A DNA stretch of 64,000 nt, taken from a virus. Lineage: Duplodnaviria; Caudoviricetes. Under the pieces are notes generated by a model. It did no database searches. It was not told where the DNA came from and saw only the letters and a program-made list of their open reading frames with translations. The stretch lies in the IMG/VR virus record IMGVR_UViG_3300027917_000048, positions 813 through 64,812 of that record; one strand, written 5' to 3'. A program made the position numbers and the translations under genes. Within the stretch, counting starts at the first letter, position 1. Each line of letters begins with the position of its first letter. Below are positions 63,204 through 64,000 of the stretch, piece by piece.

Positions 63204-63449
63204 ATGAGCAAACCAAACAATAGAGACAGACGATGGTATCAGTACCGTATAATTCAACTGGAAGAGGACAACCAGCGGTTGCGTGGGCTGTTGAGGGAAA
63301 TAAATCAGACCGTGAAGATATGCCCCATTTGTGGAGCGGAAAGATGGTACTGGGATATATCGGGAGCTGATAAGAAGGTACGGAGGGGTAGCAAAATAGC
63401 ACACCACGATTACTGCGAGTTGGCAAAGGAGTTGAGTGATGAAACTTGA
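63204..63449 (+). CDS. Small coiled-coil/zinc-finger protein
   Basis: DNQRLR, CPIC...H..YC. Confidence 0.55.
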   Translation: MSKPNNRDRRWYQYRIIQLEEDNQRLRGLLREINQTVKICPICGAERWYWDISGADKKVRRGSKIAHHDYCELAKELSDET

Positions 63450-63910
63450 AACGTATTTGGATGCGATGGTGCAGATTTATGCCGACATAATCCATCTTGA
63501 AGGTGCTAGATTATCTTATGAAACAGAAGTATGGAAACATTTATTTGGGAAACGTAAACGCCAATACCGTGCCTTCCGCGACCGCATACTGCGGATGGAT
63601 GTGGAGAAGGATATTGAGATTGCATCTCTCGCTGATTGTGTGGAAGAAGGTGATGCTGCTATCGAGATGTACGAAAAGGAACTAGCCGAGAAGGATGCCG
63701 AAAACCAGCGATTGAGGGAGGCATTAGAGGTATATGCCAACCATGACAATTGGGATACAGAAGCAGTTGCTCATGACATGGAGACTGGTGATTTTCCTGA
63801 CGTGAATGGCAATACTCCAACCGTAGATATTCGCATTGAGCTTGGTATTCCAATAGTCTGGAATTGGTCGGATGAGGGATATAGTCTTGCGGAGAAGGAG
63901 TTGAGTGATG
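63426..63910 (+). repeat. 16-bp gene-junction direct repeat AAGGAGTTGAGTGATG
   Basis: Exact copies at 63426-63441 and 63895-63910. Confidence 0.85.
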
Positions 63911-63915
63911 GGTGA
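63439..63915 (+). CDS. Hypothetical coiled-coil protein
   Basis: ENQRLREALEVYA; ends KELSDG, like the upstream gene (KELSDET). Confidence 0.55.
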   Translation: MKLETYLDAMVQIYADIIHLEGARLSYETEVWKHLFGKRKRQYRAFRDRILRMDVEKDIEIASLADCVEEGDAAIEMYEKELAEKDAENQRLREALEVYANHDNWDTEAVAHDMETGDFPDVNGNTPTVDIRIELGIPIVWNWSDEGYSLAEKELSDG

Positions 63916-64000
63916 CTTATCTAGAGCGTGGAAATATTCCGCAAAGATTTACAGAGATTTCTATAATTTGACAATGACACAAGCTAAAGAGTGGAAAGGT
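63908..64000 (+). CDS. Hypothetical protein (partial, runs off window)
   Basis: ATG in the junction repeat; open to the window end (MGDLSRAWKYSAKIY...). Confidence 0.5.
   Translation, partial: MGDLSRAWKYSAKIYRDFYNLTMTQAKEWKG

Overview
This is 64 kb of an AT-rich tailed dsDNA phage genome with two divergent arms meeting at ~46.9-47.2 kb. It is siphovirus-like: tail tube plus a 2292-aa tape measure, no sheath, and no integrase seen. The minus arm (late) runs: putative terS, accessory genes, sugar-modification cluster, terL, portal, protease/scaffold, decoration, MCP, adaptor, GT4, neck fibres, tail, fibres, holins, RcGTA-type spike base, GH25 lysin. The plus arm (early/middle) carries PolA, RecA, SSB, DnaB, a resolvase, Cas4-like and DEDD nucleases, a sigma-like HTH protein, two DNA methylases, a dNMP kinase, a GMP reductase-like enzyme, a trypsin-like protease and a primase. 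tRNA-Trp(CCA) and tRNA-Arg(UCU) are present. The main candidate novel system is a phage-encoded nonulosonic (sialic-like) acid pathway: NeuB, NeuA, a Maf/DUF115 transferase, two methyltransferases, an RraA-type aldolase and two GT-B glycosyltransferases. It is translationally coupled to terL and lies behind the same late-promoter motif as the capsid genes. Surface-exposed virion proteins are enriched in a T-x-S-G motif that may be the O-glycosylation sequon, suggesting a self-sialylating virion. All family calls come from motif recognition by eye; no database searches were run.
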